A stretch of 64,000 nt of DNA from a virus. Lineage: Duplodnaviria > Caudoviricetes. Below the pieces are notes generated by a model that saw nothing but the letters and a program-made list of their open reading frames with translations, was not told the origin of the DNA and made no database searches. Shown here one piece after another: positions 19,595 through 30,000 of the stretch (position 1 is its first letter; each line of letters starts with the position of its first letter). The position numbers and the translations under genes were made by a program. The stretch covers positions 5,099 through 69,098 of IMG/VR virus record IMGVR_UViG_3300011339_001202, one strand, 5' to 3'.

Positions 19595-20629
19595 TTAAAT
19601 TTTTAATCCCGTTATAGCTGCATCTCCAATATTAAATGGGGAAACAACTTGCTGGGAGTAAGGATTGGCCGGGGATTGTTGCAAATCTGCTTTATTTGTC
19701 AGGCCATTTTTGAAGTTTTCAAATGCTTCTGCCACAATTTTCTCCTTATAAGAGTTAAGAATGTTCGGCAAATCCTTGCGAAGTTGACGATATTCTGCAA
19801 GCTCTTTTAAAAGAGAAACATTGGGATAGACATTATTGTCTTCAGACACAAGCAACGGAAGCTGATCTACAGCAAGCGTATTAATCATTTCTCTTAAAGC
19901 ATCTTCACCAACAGCCGGAATGTCAATTCCCTGAGGAATATTTTCTGGCGCAGACGGTTTAATGTTTTTTAAACTCGCCTCTATGTGGTTAAGGAGACTT
20001 TGCTCGTACTGCCTCATTGCTTCCTGCATATCTGCTGGAGCATCATCCGCAGCTTGGTCATCAGACGGTGCTGAGTCCATTGAGTCTACCTCCTGTTGAA
20101 AGTTGCCGCCAAGAGCAGCCTTAATACTGGCCTGTCTGTCGATGCGAGCGTTACGAAGCTCATCTGCCTTTGCCTTTAATACAGCAAATTCATATTCATC
20201 CAAACCAAGATTTTCCTCAATCAAAGGCTCAATATCTGGATTGTAGTTCCTTTGAAGGTATTTCCTAAATGCAGCATCACGGTCGATGTCCGGATTAGCT
20301 GCAAGGACATTTTGATTCTTTTCCTCGAACTCCATACGAAGCAGGTCGAGAACGGGCATATCCTCGTACTCTCTTCCAAGCTCCATTAGGGCGTTCTTGT
20401 CTTGCAATACTGCAGCGGCTTGGTCTGGAATTCTTTCCACCACCTTGCTTTGGGAAGACTCGAGCTGCTGGATCTTGGCCATCAACTCCTCAATGGTTGG
20501 CTGGGCCTCCTGCTGCTCTGCTACTACTTCTTGCTCGGCCCCTGTCTCGGGACTGCTGGCTACTGCCTCTTCTTGTGGGGTTTCCGCCTCCTCCCGGAAG
20601 TCAAAAACGAAATTATCATCTATATTCAT
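19595..20629 (-). CDS. capsid scaffolding-like protein
   Basis: very acidic, helical, between portal and capsid genes. Confidence 0.6.
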   Translation of the reverse strand: MNIDDNFVFDFREEAETPQEEAVASSPETGAEQEVVAEQQEAQPTIEELMAKIQQLESSQSKVVERIPDQAAAVLQDKNALMELGREYEDMPVLDLLRMEFEEKNQNVLAANPDIDRDAAFRKYLQRNYNPDIEPLIEENLGLDEYEFAVLKAKADELRNARIDRQASIKAALGGNFQQEVDSMDSAPSDDQAADDAPADMQEAMRQYEQSLLNHIEASLKNIKPSAPENIPQGIDIPAVGEDALREMINTLAVDQLPLLVSEDNNVYPNVSLLKELAEYRQLRKDLPNILNSYKEKIVAEAFENFKNGLTNKADLQQSPANPYSQQVVSPFNIGDAAITGLKI

Positions 20630-20631
20630 AT

Positions 20632-23028
20632 TTACATAGGTTGCTGTTGCTGTTGCTCTGCAGCCATTTGTTCGGCCATCATTTGCTGCTCCTCAGGGGA
20701 CATCTGTTCTTGCATTTGCTGTTGTTCCTGCTGAGCCGCCGCCTGTTCCTGCAACATCATCTCATCCTCAGGGGTTGCCCCCATCTGCCCCATCTGGGCC
20801 TGCTGAGCCTGTTGCATTTGCTGCTGCATTGCTTGCTTCTGTTCGTCAGTGGCAAATATCATCATTAAAGGCATAATCTCATTAAGCTTTTTAGCTCCAT
20901 TTGTAGTTGGAGATTCTATTATAGCCTTTGCCACTTCCTTAATGATTTCCCCCTGCACCTTTATCTTCTCAATATTCTCCTTGCCAGCCTGTGCCTGTGC
21001 CGCTGCCTGAGCCTGCATCTCTGCATTCATCTGAGACTGCTGCTGTGCGCTTTGCATTTGCTGCATCTGGCCCTTCTTCTGTTGCAATGCCAAGTAAGCG
21101 TAAGCCTGCTTGTAATTGTCAATCATTTTAATGAAGGCAACCTGATCCAGAGTAATGGTTCCTGCTGCCAATGCTTGGTTTGCCAATGCATATAGCTCGC
21201 CCCATTGCTGCTCTGTTGGAAGAGGGGTGCATTTCAAATTAGGAATAATCTCGTTTGGATTTCCCCCATCAATTGAAAAAACCTTATCCTTCACCACGCC
21301 CTGACCTCCGTTTGCAAGAAGGTCGTACATGATGTTCTCCCAAAGGTTTTGATATAGCTGCAGCTTTGCAAACATCAGGCCCCGAAGAACATTATCGCTT
21401 CCGGACATCTGGGACTGAGTAACAAACTTACCCTGCTCCGATCCCGGGGCCGCACCAAACTCTACATTTGGAATACCAACAATATCACGCAGGAGATTGA
21501 TGTGTTGCGTAAGGAGGCTGAATAGCAATTGCAAGTTCTGGCCTCCCTGATTGGCAATAATCTGTACAATAGATTTCCCAGACGAAGTGGCTATACCACG
21601 CAACATCCCAGAATCTACAGTGATGAGACCCTTAGTAAGGGCCGTTGTAATCAAATCATCTTGTGTGATTTCCTCGTCATTCTCCTCTGTAGCAAAATCG
21701 GCCAGAGCCGCCTTGTCAATTACAGTCATCCACGGAATAAACTCCTTGGTGTAAGTGTCAATCTTTTCTACGGTTTGCTGGATGATGTCGAGATGCTTCT
21801 TGGCCCTGTCAATTACAGACTTGGTCTGGCCCTGTATCATGTTTGCCTGATACATAATGAAGCTTCCATATGTCTTGGCAGGATTAGACCTGTAGACATT
21901 CCTTGGATCCTTTGTGATTGGCTGGCGGATAGATTCCTTCACGCCATAATCGTAAACCATTCCAGTGCCACAGATGTACTTGCCTCCAAATACATTCTGA
22001 GTCTTGGTCTTCATTAATGTCTTAGAGCCTTTCTCCTCCTCGTTGCCTGATTTGATTTGGCCGTCTTTAGTGAGCATGCCATACAAATCATCTGTACTGA
22101 TAAACTCAAAGTACATTACAAGGGCGTAGTCCACATATGTGCTGGAGTATACCGGAGTGCTTCCCTCTGAGAATGCGCTCCATGTGTACAGCCAGTTGTA
22201 CATTAGGTCAAACCTTCCTCCCCTGATGCGCTCCATCTCTTCCTTGTTCAGGAATCCGGCGGCATCAAACATCACCTTTGTGATAGGTACTGGCTCAATA
22301 GTATATGCAAACACCACATCTCTGGCATCCTCCACCATGGAGAAACTCCATCCAGAGTTCAATGGGTCGAGTCTCTTAATAACTCTCTTACCTCCTGTGC
22401 GGTCAATCCAATATCCTCCGGTGGATGTGATGATGAGATCGTTGTCCACCATCTTTGCAAGCACCTCCTGCTTAGACTCGTTGCAAACATATTCAATACC
22501 AAGCTCCAGATTCATTTCTTCTTGAAGCTGTGGGGCCATCTGCAATTGCATTTCGAGGTCAGACATGTCCACAGGAATCTGAGCAGGATCGATGCCCAAC
22601 TGCTGGGCGAATCCTTGCATCTCGGCTCCTCGCTTCTGCAGCTCCATGGCCACCTGAAGCTTGAACTTTGTATCGTTCTTGCGGCTCTGGGACAAGGCAT
22701 CAATCATTGTCACATTCGGCTTGAACTGAATGCGATTCATCTTTCCGTTAATGGCATCCACCATGGAAGGAGCTATATGCACATTCCTTAGATCGGCCCC
22801 GGGAAGCGTGAAAGCATCATTGCCCGAAATGTTTTCAATAGGGCGGATTGTCCTAAGGACTGATTGGTTTGCCAGAGCATATTGATAGTTCTCGGCCCAT
22901 CTTCTTCGAGGGCTATTGAATGTAGCCACCTGTTGTAAATGAAGCATCTCCAGACCTCGTGCAAACTGAAGCCCGTATTCTGGTTTGTTCTTTTCGGAGA
23001 ACGGCTTATTTAAATCTGGTGCAAACAT
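20632..23028 (-). CDS. portal protein
   Basis: 798 aa; Q/M-rich C-terminal tail; position and size as in crAss-like portals. Confidence 0.75.
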   Translation of the reverse strand: MFAPDLNKPFSEKNKPEYGLQFARGLEMLHLQQVATFNSPRRRWAENYQYALANQSVLRTIRPIENISGNDAFTLPGADLRNVHIAPSMVDAINGKMNRIQFKPNVTMIDALSQSRKNDTKFKLQVAMELQKRGAEMQGFAQQLGIDPAQIPVDMSDLEMQLQMAPQLQEEMNLELGIEYVCNESKQEVLAKMVDNDLIITSTGGYWIDRTGGKRVIKRLDPLNSGWSFSMVEDARDVVFAYTIEPVPITKVMFDAAGFLNKEEMERIRGGRFDLMYNWLYTWSAFSEGSTPVYSSTYVDYALVMYFEFISTDDLYGMLTKDGQIKSGNEEEKGSKTLMKTKTQNVFGGKYICGTGMVYDYGVKESIRQPITKDPRNVYRSNPAKTYGSFIMYQANMIQGQTKSVIDRAKKHLDIIQQTVEKIDTYTKEFIPWMTVIDKAALADFATEENDEEITQDDLITTALTKGLITVDSGMLRGIATSSGKSIVQIIANQGGQNLQLLFSLLTQHINLLRDIVGIPNVEFGAAPGSEQGKFVTQSQMSGSDNVLRGLMFAKLQLYQNLWENIMYDLLANGGQGVVKDKVFSIDGGNPNEIIPNLKCTPLPTEQQWGELYALANQALAAGTITLDQVAFIKMIDNYKQAYAYLALQQKKGQMQQMQSAQQQSQMNAEMQAQAAAQAQAGKENIEKIKVQGEIIKEVAKAIIESPTTNGAKKLNEIMPLMMIFATDEQKQAMQQQMQQAQQAQMGQMGATPEDEMMLQEQAAAQQEQQQMQEQMSPEEQQMMAEQMAAEQQQQQPM

Positions 23029-23940
23029 TTACCTTCTGATTTTTGTAGCGAAATCAACCCAATTCTGTGGAAGTACTGATTGTTCTTGCGGAAGGACTGG
23101 ATATAATCCGCTTGTAACTGGAGTTGCCCCGGGCTCCATATTAGCATTCTGGGGAACCATCATTGTAGGAGCTGTTCCACTATATGGATTATAAGTAGGT
23201 TCATTGTTTTGAGTAAACCATTGATTTTCCATGTAAGGAGTTTTACCTACAATTGGTACAGCAACATTATTAGGGTTGGTGTTTGGGAACTCATCTACTT
23301 TTGGAGCACCCGGAGTTTTTGGAGAGCCAATAACAAATGAATTCAATCCAGCTCCTGCAAGACCCTGTATAAAGTTGTTCCAGTTTTGAGCCTTGGCTCC
23401 ACGAAGAGCGGACACAGCCTTGCCATATTCTTGTCTGCCCTGCTCTTGGAACTGACCACGCTGCAACATAGCCTGATTGGCTGCTGCCTGACGGGCCTGC
23501 TGAGCCTGAGCCCCCTGAATGTCCAATTGATTACGGGCCTGAATTCCCTGCTGATTTAAGGCAAGAGCCCCACGCAAAGCAGCAGAAGCAGTAGGTGCTG
23601 TCTTGTAAACATTACCAAGACCTGCAGACTGAGCCCGATTAATATTTTCTAAAGCGGTTCCATATCCAGCAATCTTAGCATTGTTTGCTTGATTCTGAAG
23701 AGCGGCCTGATATTCACGAAATGCTTGAGGAGTAATATCCTGAGCACCCTTCTTTTGTAATTCCTTTAGTAGCTTACCTTGCTGAATAGCTTGCAATGCT
23801 GACGGTGCTGCAGAAGCTGCGCCAAGAGCAAGCATAGGATAGTTGAGTTGCATGTTTGCTCCAAACAATCCGGCCATGTCGGCTCGATTGAGATTGCCCT
23901 TTTGCATGGCAGTAATAGCTGCTAATTGTTGTTCATCCAT
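23029..23940 (-). CDS. putative ejection/pilot protein
   Basis: Ala/Gln/Gly-rich helical protein. Confidence 0.5.
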   Translation of the reverse strand: MDEQQLAAITAMQKGNLNRADMAGLFGANMQLNYPMLALGAASAAPSALQAIQQGKLLKELQKKGAQDITPQAFREYQAALQNQANNAKIAGYGTALENINRAQSAGLGNVYKTAPTASAALRGALALNQQGIQARNQLDIQGAQAQQARQAAANQAMLQRGQFQEQGRQEYGKAVSALRGAKAQNWNNFIQGLAGAGLNSFVIGSPKTPGAPKVDEFPNTNPNNVAVPIVGKTPYMENQWFTQNNEPTYNPYSGTAPTMMVPQNANMEPGATPVTSGLYPVLPQEQSVLPQNWVDFATKIRR

Positions 23941-23941
23941 A

Positions 23942-26900
23942 TTATTGAACTACAGACATGTTACTTTTGACTTCAATAAAATTGAGCTTTTCAAAACGAG
24001 AAGCATCGAACACAAAGGTAGAATATAATATCCTACTTTCCATGACTTTGCCTGTCATTGCATTACCATTGGAGCTATCTCTGCGAATGGCAGCATCATA
24101 TTCTCCTTTACGCTGTATCCACCAAGAAGGACTAATGTAACTCTGTCTAACAAATCCCTCAGCATCTCCGGAAGTCATTGTAACATTTTCAGGCTTTGGC
24201 CCAAAAACTTTAATTGAATTCCATTGCTTAACAACAGAAGGAGCCTCGTTAGTAATAATAGTTAGCTCAGGATTTCTTGAAACAGCAAAGAAGTTATTCT
24301 TTGGAGTGTTCACAGTGGTTGCCCAAGGGCTGCCATTAACAAAGTGATACATCTTTTGAGAAATTGAAATGCCTCTCTCTGGCGTACTACCATTTGCATT
24401 AATGTATTCACGCATCCCTTGGAAGGTTTTATACCTCTCGCTAAACACAAATGAAGAGCCGCCCCTTGGCATGAGGATAACCTCATCTGTAACATAGTCA
24501 TAAACCGTGGCCGCTTTCTTACCTGCAACTTCGGTTCTCAGTTTGTTCCCAAACATGTATGTAAGGCCAAGCCTCTCCAGCCCTGCATTACTATAGCGGA
24601 TGAAATCATTCACCACATCGCTCCACCAATACACTGCGGCCAGAGGAGTCTTGGTTACGCTTCTCAACTGTTTGCAACCAAACTGGCCCTGCAATGGTCT
24701 TTGTGATGCGAGGTATCTGTCGGACACGGCAATGTTTGTCGTGCCGTCAACATTGGTAAGCTGAACGCTGTCATAGTAAAAACTGGACACGCCATAAGAA
24801 CCAATTGACAGCATTACTCCGGGCTCCCTTTGCGTGGCATTGGTTGTTACAAGAGCTGTGATGGCCCCGTTCTCAAGAGGTGCTTGTCGAATATCTAAAG
24901 GATCAAACTTTGACAAACCGTTCACTTGAGTTCCGGCAATCAATGGGTCTGAAAAACATATCCCATTCTGTATCCTTACTTCCTTCTGGTTCTCGTTTAC
25001 AATATTGAGCTGGCCTATATCGCTTATCCATAACTGGGAATATATGTCCCGGATGTTCATGGAAAAACCATATCCCTCAGCAGTAATTGTATTAGAGCTA
25101 ACAGTTGTAGTCCCTTGTACTACTATGCGGTTTGGTTCATATGTAAAATCAAGTACCGCAACAGATGTGCCTTGATTCTCTTTCTTAAATTTATTCAGAT
25201 AACAATCTCCAAACAATTCCCCAGTCAGGCTACTTCCTACTTCATTAACGGAAGTCGATTGATAATAAAATTCATCAGGAGTAACTTTTTTGCTGTACAG
25301 ATATACCTGATAATACAAAGGGAAATAATTACTATCTGTGCTATTGTTTCCTCCGGGAATTAATGCCCATCCACGATATAAATTTGCATCAATGTTTTCA
25401 ATGTAAAGCATTGACCCAACCTGTTTTTTTATTTTATATTCTTTTAAGGGAGGGTTTTGTTGATCGGCTGTTAGATTTACAAAAGGTGGAAAGTAATTTG
25501 GATATTCTTGTGCAATGGAAATATACTGCTCCTCTCCATCTGTAAACAGAAATGGTTCTTGACTACTTAGCTCAACGGCTATTCCTTTTAAAGTATAGTT
25601 TTTGTTTTGCCATCCAAAACTTGGAGGAGATGTAGTTGCAAGATAATCTACAGAGCCATCGTTATACCAAGCATATGTTTTAACAACGGTTTTGTAAAAA
25701 TAATTATAAGACTGGTTTTTAGAATAGACTACTCTCCAATACTTACACCAAGAAGGGAAGTCCCCAGTGATAGTATATTTTAGCTTGTAACAATTGTTAC
25801 CATCCTCTCCAAAGAAAAAAGGAACAAAAAAGTCTTGTCCTGATAAATAATTAATGCCAGTTCCGTTGTAGATATAGTTCTGGATTTCAATTGTTTTTTG
25901 ATTTACAACAGCAATCCTTCTACCCCATTCATCAAGAAGCTCGATTCCAACATTATAAAACCCTCTATAAAAAGATCTATTACCCCCTGCTAAAGTCGTT
26001 TGATTTATAATAGGGTTTTTAATCAATTGCAGGTCTAAGTTCAGGTCAGTCCAGTTAGGATAATCTGTAAGATAATTCCCGTGGTTAATTCTGTTTTGAG
26101 CTATTTCATTAGTTGAGGAAAGCCTCGGAACCGCATCAAAATAATTGCTTGTTATATTTGATGAAACTGGCGTGGCTGGCAAGAGGTTCATGTTTAACGC
26201 CGTAAACGATCCTGTAAAAGAACTGTTATTGGGAATAGTTTTTAACACATTCCAGCTACCCTCATTGTTCTTTCTGTATATAAAAACAACTCTCTTGATT
26301 AAAGAATTATTTTGAAGATATTTTCCGTATTCAGAACTTGGGATGGATACTGTTATGTTTTCATTGTACCAAACAGCATATGTTATAGGAGCAATTCTTG
26401 ATTCCTCCTCATTGTCATACACATAGTAATAGCTAAACTGCCACGCATAGTCTTCTGAAAATATATTTCCATAATCAACCGATGCATCTGCCAATGAAAA
26501 ATTCAACGGCAATCTATTACCATCTCTGTTGATTAAAGATATTACAGCCAACTCCTGAGGAGCTCTTTTGATTTGCGTGTAATGCCATTGCTGTGGCACA
26601 GGAGGATAGGTATCGTCTCCCGGGCCATTTCCTGCAAGAAACAATTGAGTCCGGATTCCCTTCTCAATGTTCACCATCCTCGGCTGGTTGATATTGTCTG
26701 TCCAATAAAGCTTGCCATCAATTGATGTCATGCTCACATCTGAATCAAGGACAAAGTTCAGCCAGCTACCAGTGTTGAAGGTTCCTCCAAGAATAGCCTC
26801 CACAACATCAACATTGTTTACAGTTTTGATGCGATAGATGCCATAGGCCCCTAATGAATTATGAAGGCAAAAATAAACTACCTGAAGCTCCAAGTCGGCC

Positions 26901-27097
26901 AGCACCCCTATAACCTGATTGACTCCGGCAGGGAGGGTGCTCGATACAATTTGATTACCATTCACCATCACACCGCCGGACAAGTTGCTGTCATCGGTGG
27001 AAGCACCAAAGCGCAGGTTCTTAGCATCTCTGGCCTGATTGGGCTTGATAACCCTATCATCTAAATCTGGAGCTACGGAGTTTATCCTGTGTATCAT
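23942..27097 (-). CDS. tail nozzle / stabilisation protein (P22 gp10-like)
   Basis: N-terminal DLDDRVIKPNQARDAKNLRF; beta-rich, 1051 aa. Confidence 0.65.
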   Translation of the reverse strand: MIHRINSVAPDLDDRVIKPNQARDAKNLRFGASTDDSNLSGGVMVNGNQIVSSTLPAGVNQVIGVLADLELQVVYFCLHNSLGAYGIYRIKTVNNVDVVEAILGGTFNTGSWLNFVLDSDVSMTSIDGKLYWTDNINQPRMVNIEKGIRTQLFLAGNGPGDDTYPPVPQQWHYTQIKRAPQELAVISLINRDGNRLPLNFSLADASVDYGNIFSEDYAWQFSYYYVYDNEEESRIAPITYAVWYNENITVSIPSSEYGKYLQNNSLIKRVVFIYRKNNEGSWNVLKTIPNNSSFTGSFTALNMNLLPATPVSSNITSNYFDAVPRLSSTNEIAQNRINHGNYLTDYPNWTDLNLDLQLIKNPIINQTTLAGGNRSFYRGFYNVGIELLDEWGRRIAVVNQKTIEIQNYIYNGTGINYLSGQDFFVPFFFGEDGNNCYKLKYTITGDFPSWCKYWRVVYSKNQSYNYFYKTVVKTYAWYNDGSVDYLATTSPPSFGWQNKNYTLKGIAVELSSQEPFLFTDGEEQYISIAQEYPNYFPPFVNLTADQQNPPLKEYKIKKQVGSMLYIENIDANLYRGWALIPGGNNSTDSNYFPLYYQVYLYSKKVTPDEFYYQSTSVNEVGSSLTGELFGDCYLNKFKKENQGTSVAVLDFTYEPNRIVVQGTTTVSSNTITAEGYGFSMNIRDIYSQLWISDIGQLNIVNENQKEVRIQNGICFSDPLIAGTQVNGLSKFDPLDIRQAPLENGAITALVTTNATQREPGVMLSIGSYGVSSFYYDSVQLTNVDGTTNIAVSDRYLASQRPLQGQFGCKQLRSVTKTPLAAVYWWSDVVNDFIRYSNAGLERLGLTYMFGNKLRTEVAGKKAATVYDYVTDEVILMPRGGSSFVFSERYKTFQGMREYINANGSTPERGISISQKMYHFVNGSPWATTVNTPKNNFFAVSRNPELTIITNEAPSVVKQWNSIKVFGPKPENVTMTSGDAEGFVRQSYISPSWWIQRKGEYDAAIRRDSSNGNAMTGKVMESRILYSTFVFDASRFEKLNFIEVKSNMSVVQ

Positions 27098-27098
27098 A

Positions 27099-30000
27099 TC
27101 AATAATTGTCTGGCAGTTTGAAGCCTATTTTTTTCACCTGCATCTGAGCCTGCTTTTCAGCAATCTTCTCGGCCTTACTTTTAATTTCATTGTCTGAAAT
27201 CTTGAAGTTGTTTGCCTGAGCGTTTTGCTTTATCATCTTAGAGTAATTTTCTACAGACTTCTCATAGATGCTCATGAATTTCTTTGCATCAGAGGCATCC
27301 ACATAATAGCCCATATCGCCAACCTTGTATGTGAGCTTGCTAAGAAAATTATCCGGAACGCCAGCACCCCTCCCCTCGTTCACCCAGTTCTTATACTGGC
27401 CGCTGTCTTGAACACGCATAGTTCTGAGAAGCTTGTCGCTGTCCGCTGTGGCAAATATACTTTCCAGAGCTCTTACTTTCATTTTAGAAACAAAGTAAAG
27501 ATCTCCAAGTTTGAGCATCAGGGCAGTTGCCTGCAGTCCAAGGGCCCAAGCCTCTGCCTCATCTCCGTTTTTAATTGCCTTTTGCCCACTCTGCCATAGC
27601 GGTTCAAGAATAGAGTATGCTCCGGGAAGCTCGCTTTGCTTGGCATAAAGAAGATTAAATCTTTCCTTAGCCTCCTCCTCGGTCTCCGCCATTTCATCTT
27701 GAGCCCATTCGGCGGTTTTATTAACCAGCGTTTTAATAGAGTCTCCAATGATGGATGCATACGGGCCGACAACTGTATCGATTCCAACGCCTGCAAGGAT
27801 TTGATACCAATACTTATCACGGTTCTTAGCCTCCTCGTCTTCGTCCTCTTCCTCGAGCCATCCAAGAGCCTGCCCCATTTCACGAAGCAGCTCACGCATG
27901 CCTCTGGTGGCTATTTGGAATATTACTTGCTGACCCAAGAATCCTATTGCCTGAAGTCCGGCCATTCTCTTTTGAGTGGCTGTATATCCGGGCTTGGTTA
28001 GAATGCCCATGTTATTCCAGAACTGAGCCGTGGCTACAAAGGTGTATGTGCTAAGGAAGTACAACCACTTTTTGTATGACTTAGCATCCTTAATTTCCAT
28101 TGGAAGGAAGTGTCTGTTGGCCGTACTATTAGCAGACTCGGCAAAGTTCTCGGCAGAGGCAAGAGCTGTTTCGTTGAATCCTTCTGCGGCCTCCTTAATA
28201 AAGTCAATTCCAATTCCACGCTCGGCCAGATACCCGGTAAGCAACAATTGTTTTTGAGTAAACTTGTTTGCCTTAACCAACCATTCAGGAGAGATTTTAT
28301 CAAGGAATCCTCTGGCCTTGTCAGAAACAATATCTCCTTGGTAGTACTTTGCCTCAAGCTCATTATAAGCAAGCTGCTCGGCATAAGGGGCACTGGTATT
28401 ATTGAAGAACTTGTTTAAAGCATCTTCCAATGCTGGATTACCCATTGCCTGTCTCATTAAGGCCATTGCCTTTAATGATGCATCCTTGTTAGCAACAAAA
28501 CCTTGAAATGTAGCAAGAGGCTGTTTTACATACTGGGTAAAGTTGTTAAGAACTGTGGATGTAATTGTGTTGATAGCCGTGTCCGAGAACCTCTCCAAGA
28601 ACGCCCTTGTGTCTGGGAATATCATTGGGTCACGCAGGATCCCGCTTACAGAGGAAATCAAATACTTCTTAACAGCATCATTGGTCTTGGTGTCTGTTAA
28701 TATAGAACCCTGATTTACCAGAGCGTTAGTATAAGCGTAATCCTTTGATAGATGTATGGTGGCATTAATGTCCCACAATCCGTTTAAGGCTGTCTCATAT
28801 CCATCAAGAATATAGAACCCACCGTCCCATGGCATTGCAGTACGGCCCCTGTTCCTGTCAGCAATATCGGTGGATTGCTTGTTGATTACAGGATCTATGC
28901 TACCCATTTGAGGCAACTGGTCTCCCTGTCCATAAGCAATGTCTCCAGAAGAAACATCCACCTTGTAGAAACTTCTTGGGAAATAATCTTGAATCAAATC
29001 AAAATCACGGCCATGATAAAGCCTAAGCGCATCGGCATATTGCTGGGTCTTTTCCTGCAATAGTTTTTGCGTGTAGTCCCAAGCTTCCTTTACATTATTA
29101 GGAACTGCGGAATCAATGTCAAAATCTTCAATAGCCTTCCACTGCCCGTTCTCATCTCTGATAGCACCAAGCTTTGCAAGTGCATCGGTAGCTCCATTGT
29201 AATAGTGCTCGAGCATTCTCATCTCACTGCCGCTGCTTGAATATTGCTTGGCATTCTTAATCCTATCACGGAGATAGTTCATTTGAGATGTCAGCACATC
29301 GGCCTTCAAGCTTGTGGTTTGACCCTTGCTCTGCTCCTTGAAAAACCCATAAGCACCAAGTAGGAACCTCTCCGGCAGGCCAATCTTTAGATCGGCAAAC
29401 TTCTTGTTCAACTCGTCACGCATTGTCTGTGTGTCGGAAGTAACTCTGGCGGCATTTCTGTCCCAGCCTCCAACAAGAATCCTGCGTATCTCATTTGCTC
29501 CAGCGGCCACGCTTTGCAGCTTTGCGGAGATACCTCCTGCGGCAAGCTTGTTAATTGTAGCACGAATTGCGGTTTGCTTCAAAGTCTTTCCGCTATTCAG
29601 GGCCCGGGTCATTTCTGTAATCTGTCCAATATCAAACAGCACTCCAGTCTCGTCATACACTTTCAGCGCATTCAGTATCTTGTACAGGGTTTCTGTAGTA
29701 AGAACCGACAAGTCCATCTTGCTAAGGTCATTTACGGCAGAAATCTGAGAGGAGTATTGATTAAGGGCATCACTAACGGCAAGCTCCGCAATTGGTCTGC
29801 TGTTAGCCCTAATCTTTACTGTTGGCTTAGCTCTCTCCTTGGCTGGCTTTCTTGCTGCTGCCTCGTTATAGGCTGCATCTATTTCGGCCATTGTGAACTT
29901 CTGCTCTGCGTTGGTTAGCCTTGAGGAAATAAAGTTCAGGGCCATTTCACGCAACTTGATTAGCTCGGCCTCATCGGCCAAATAGAACTTAGGCGTTGCC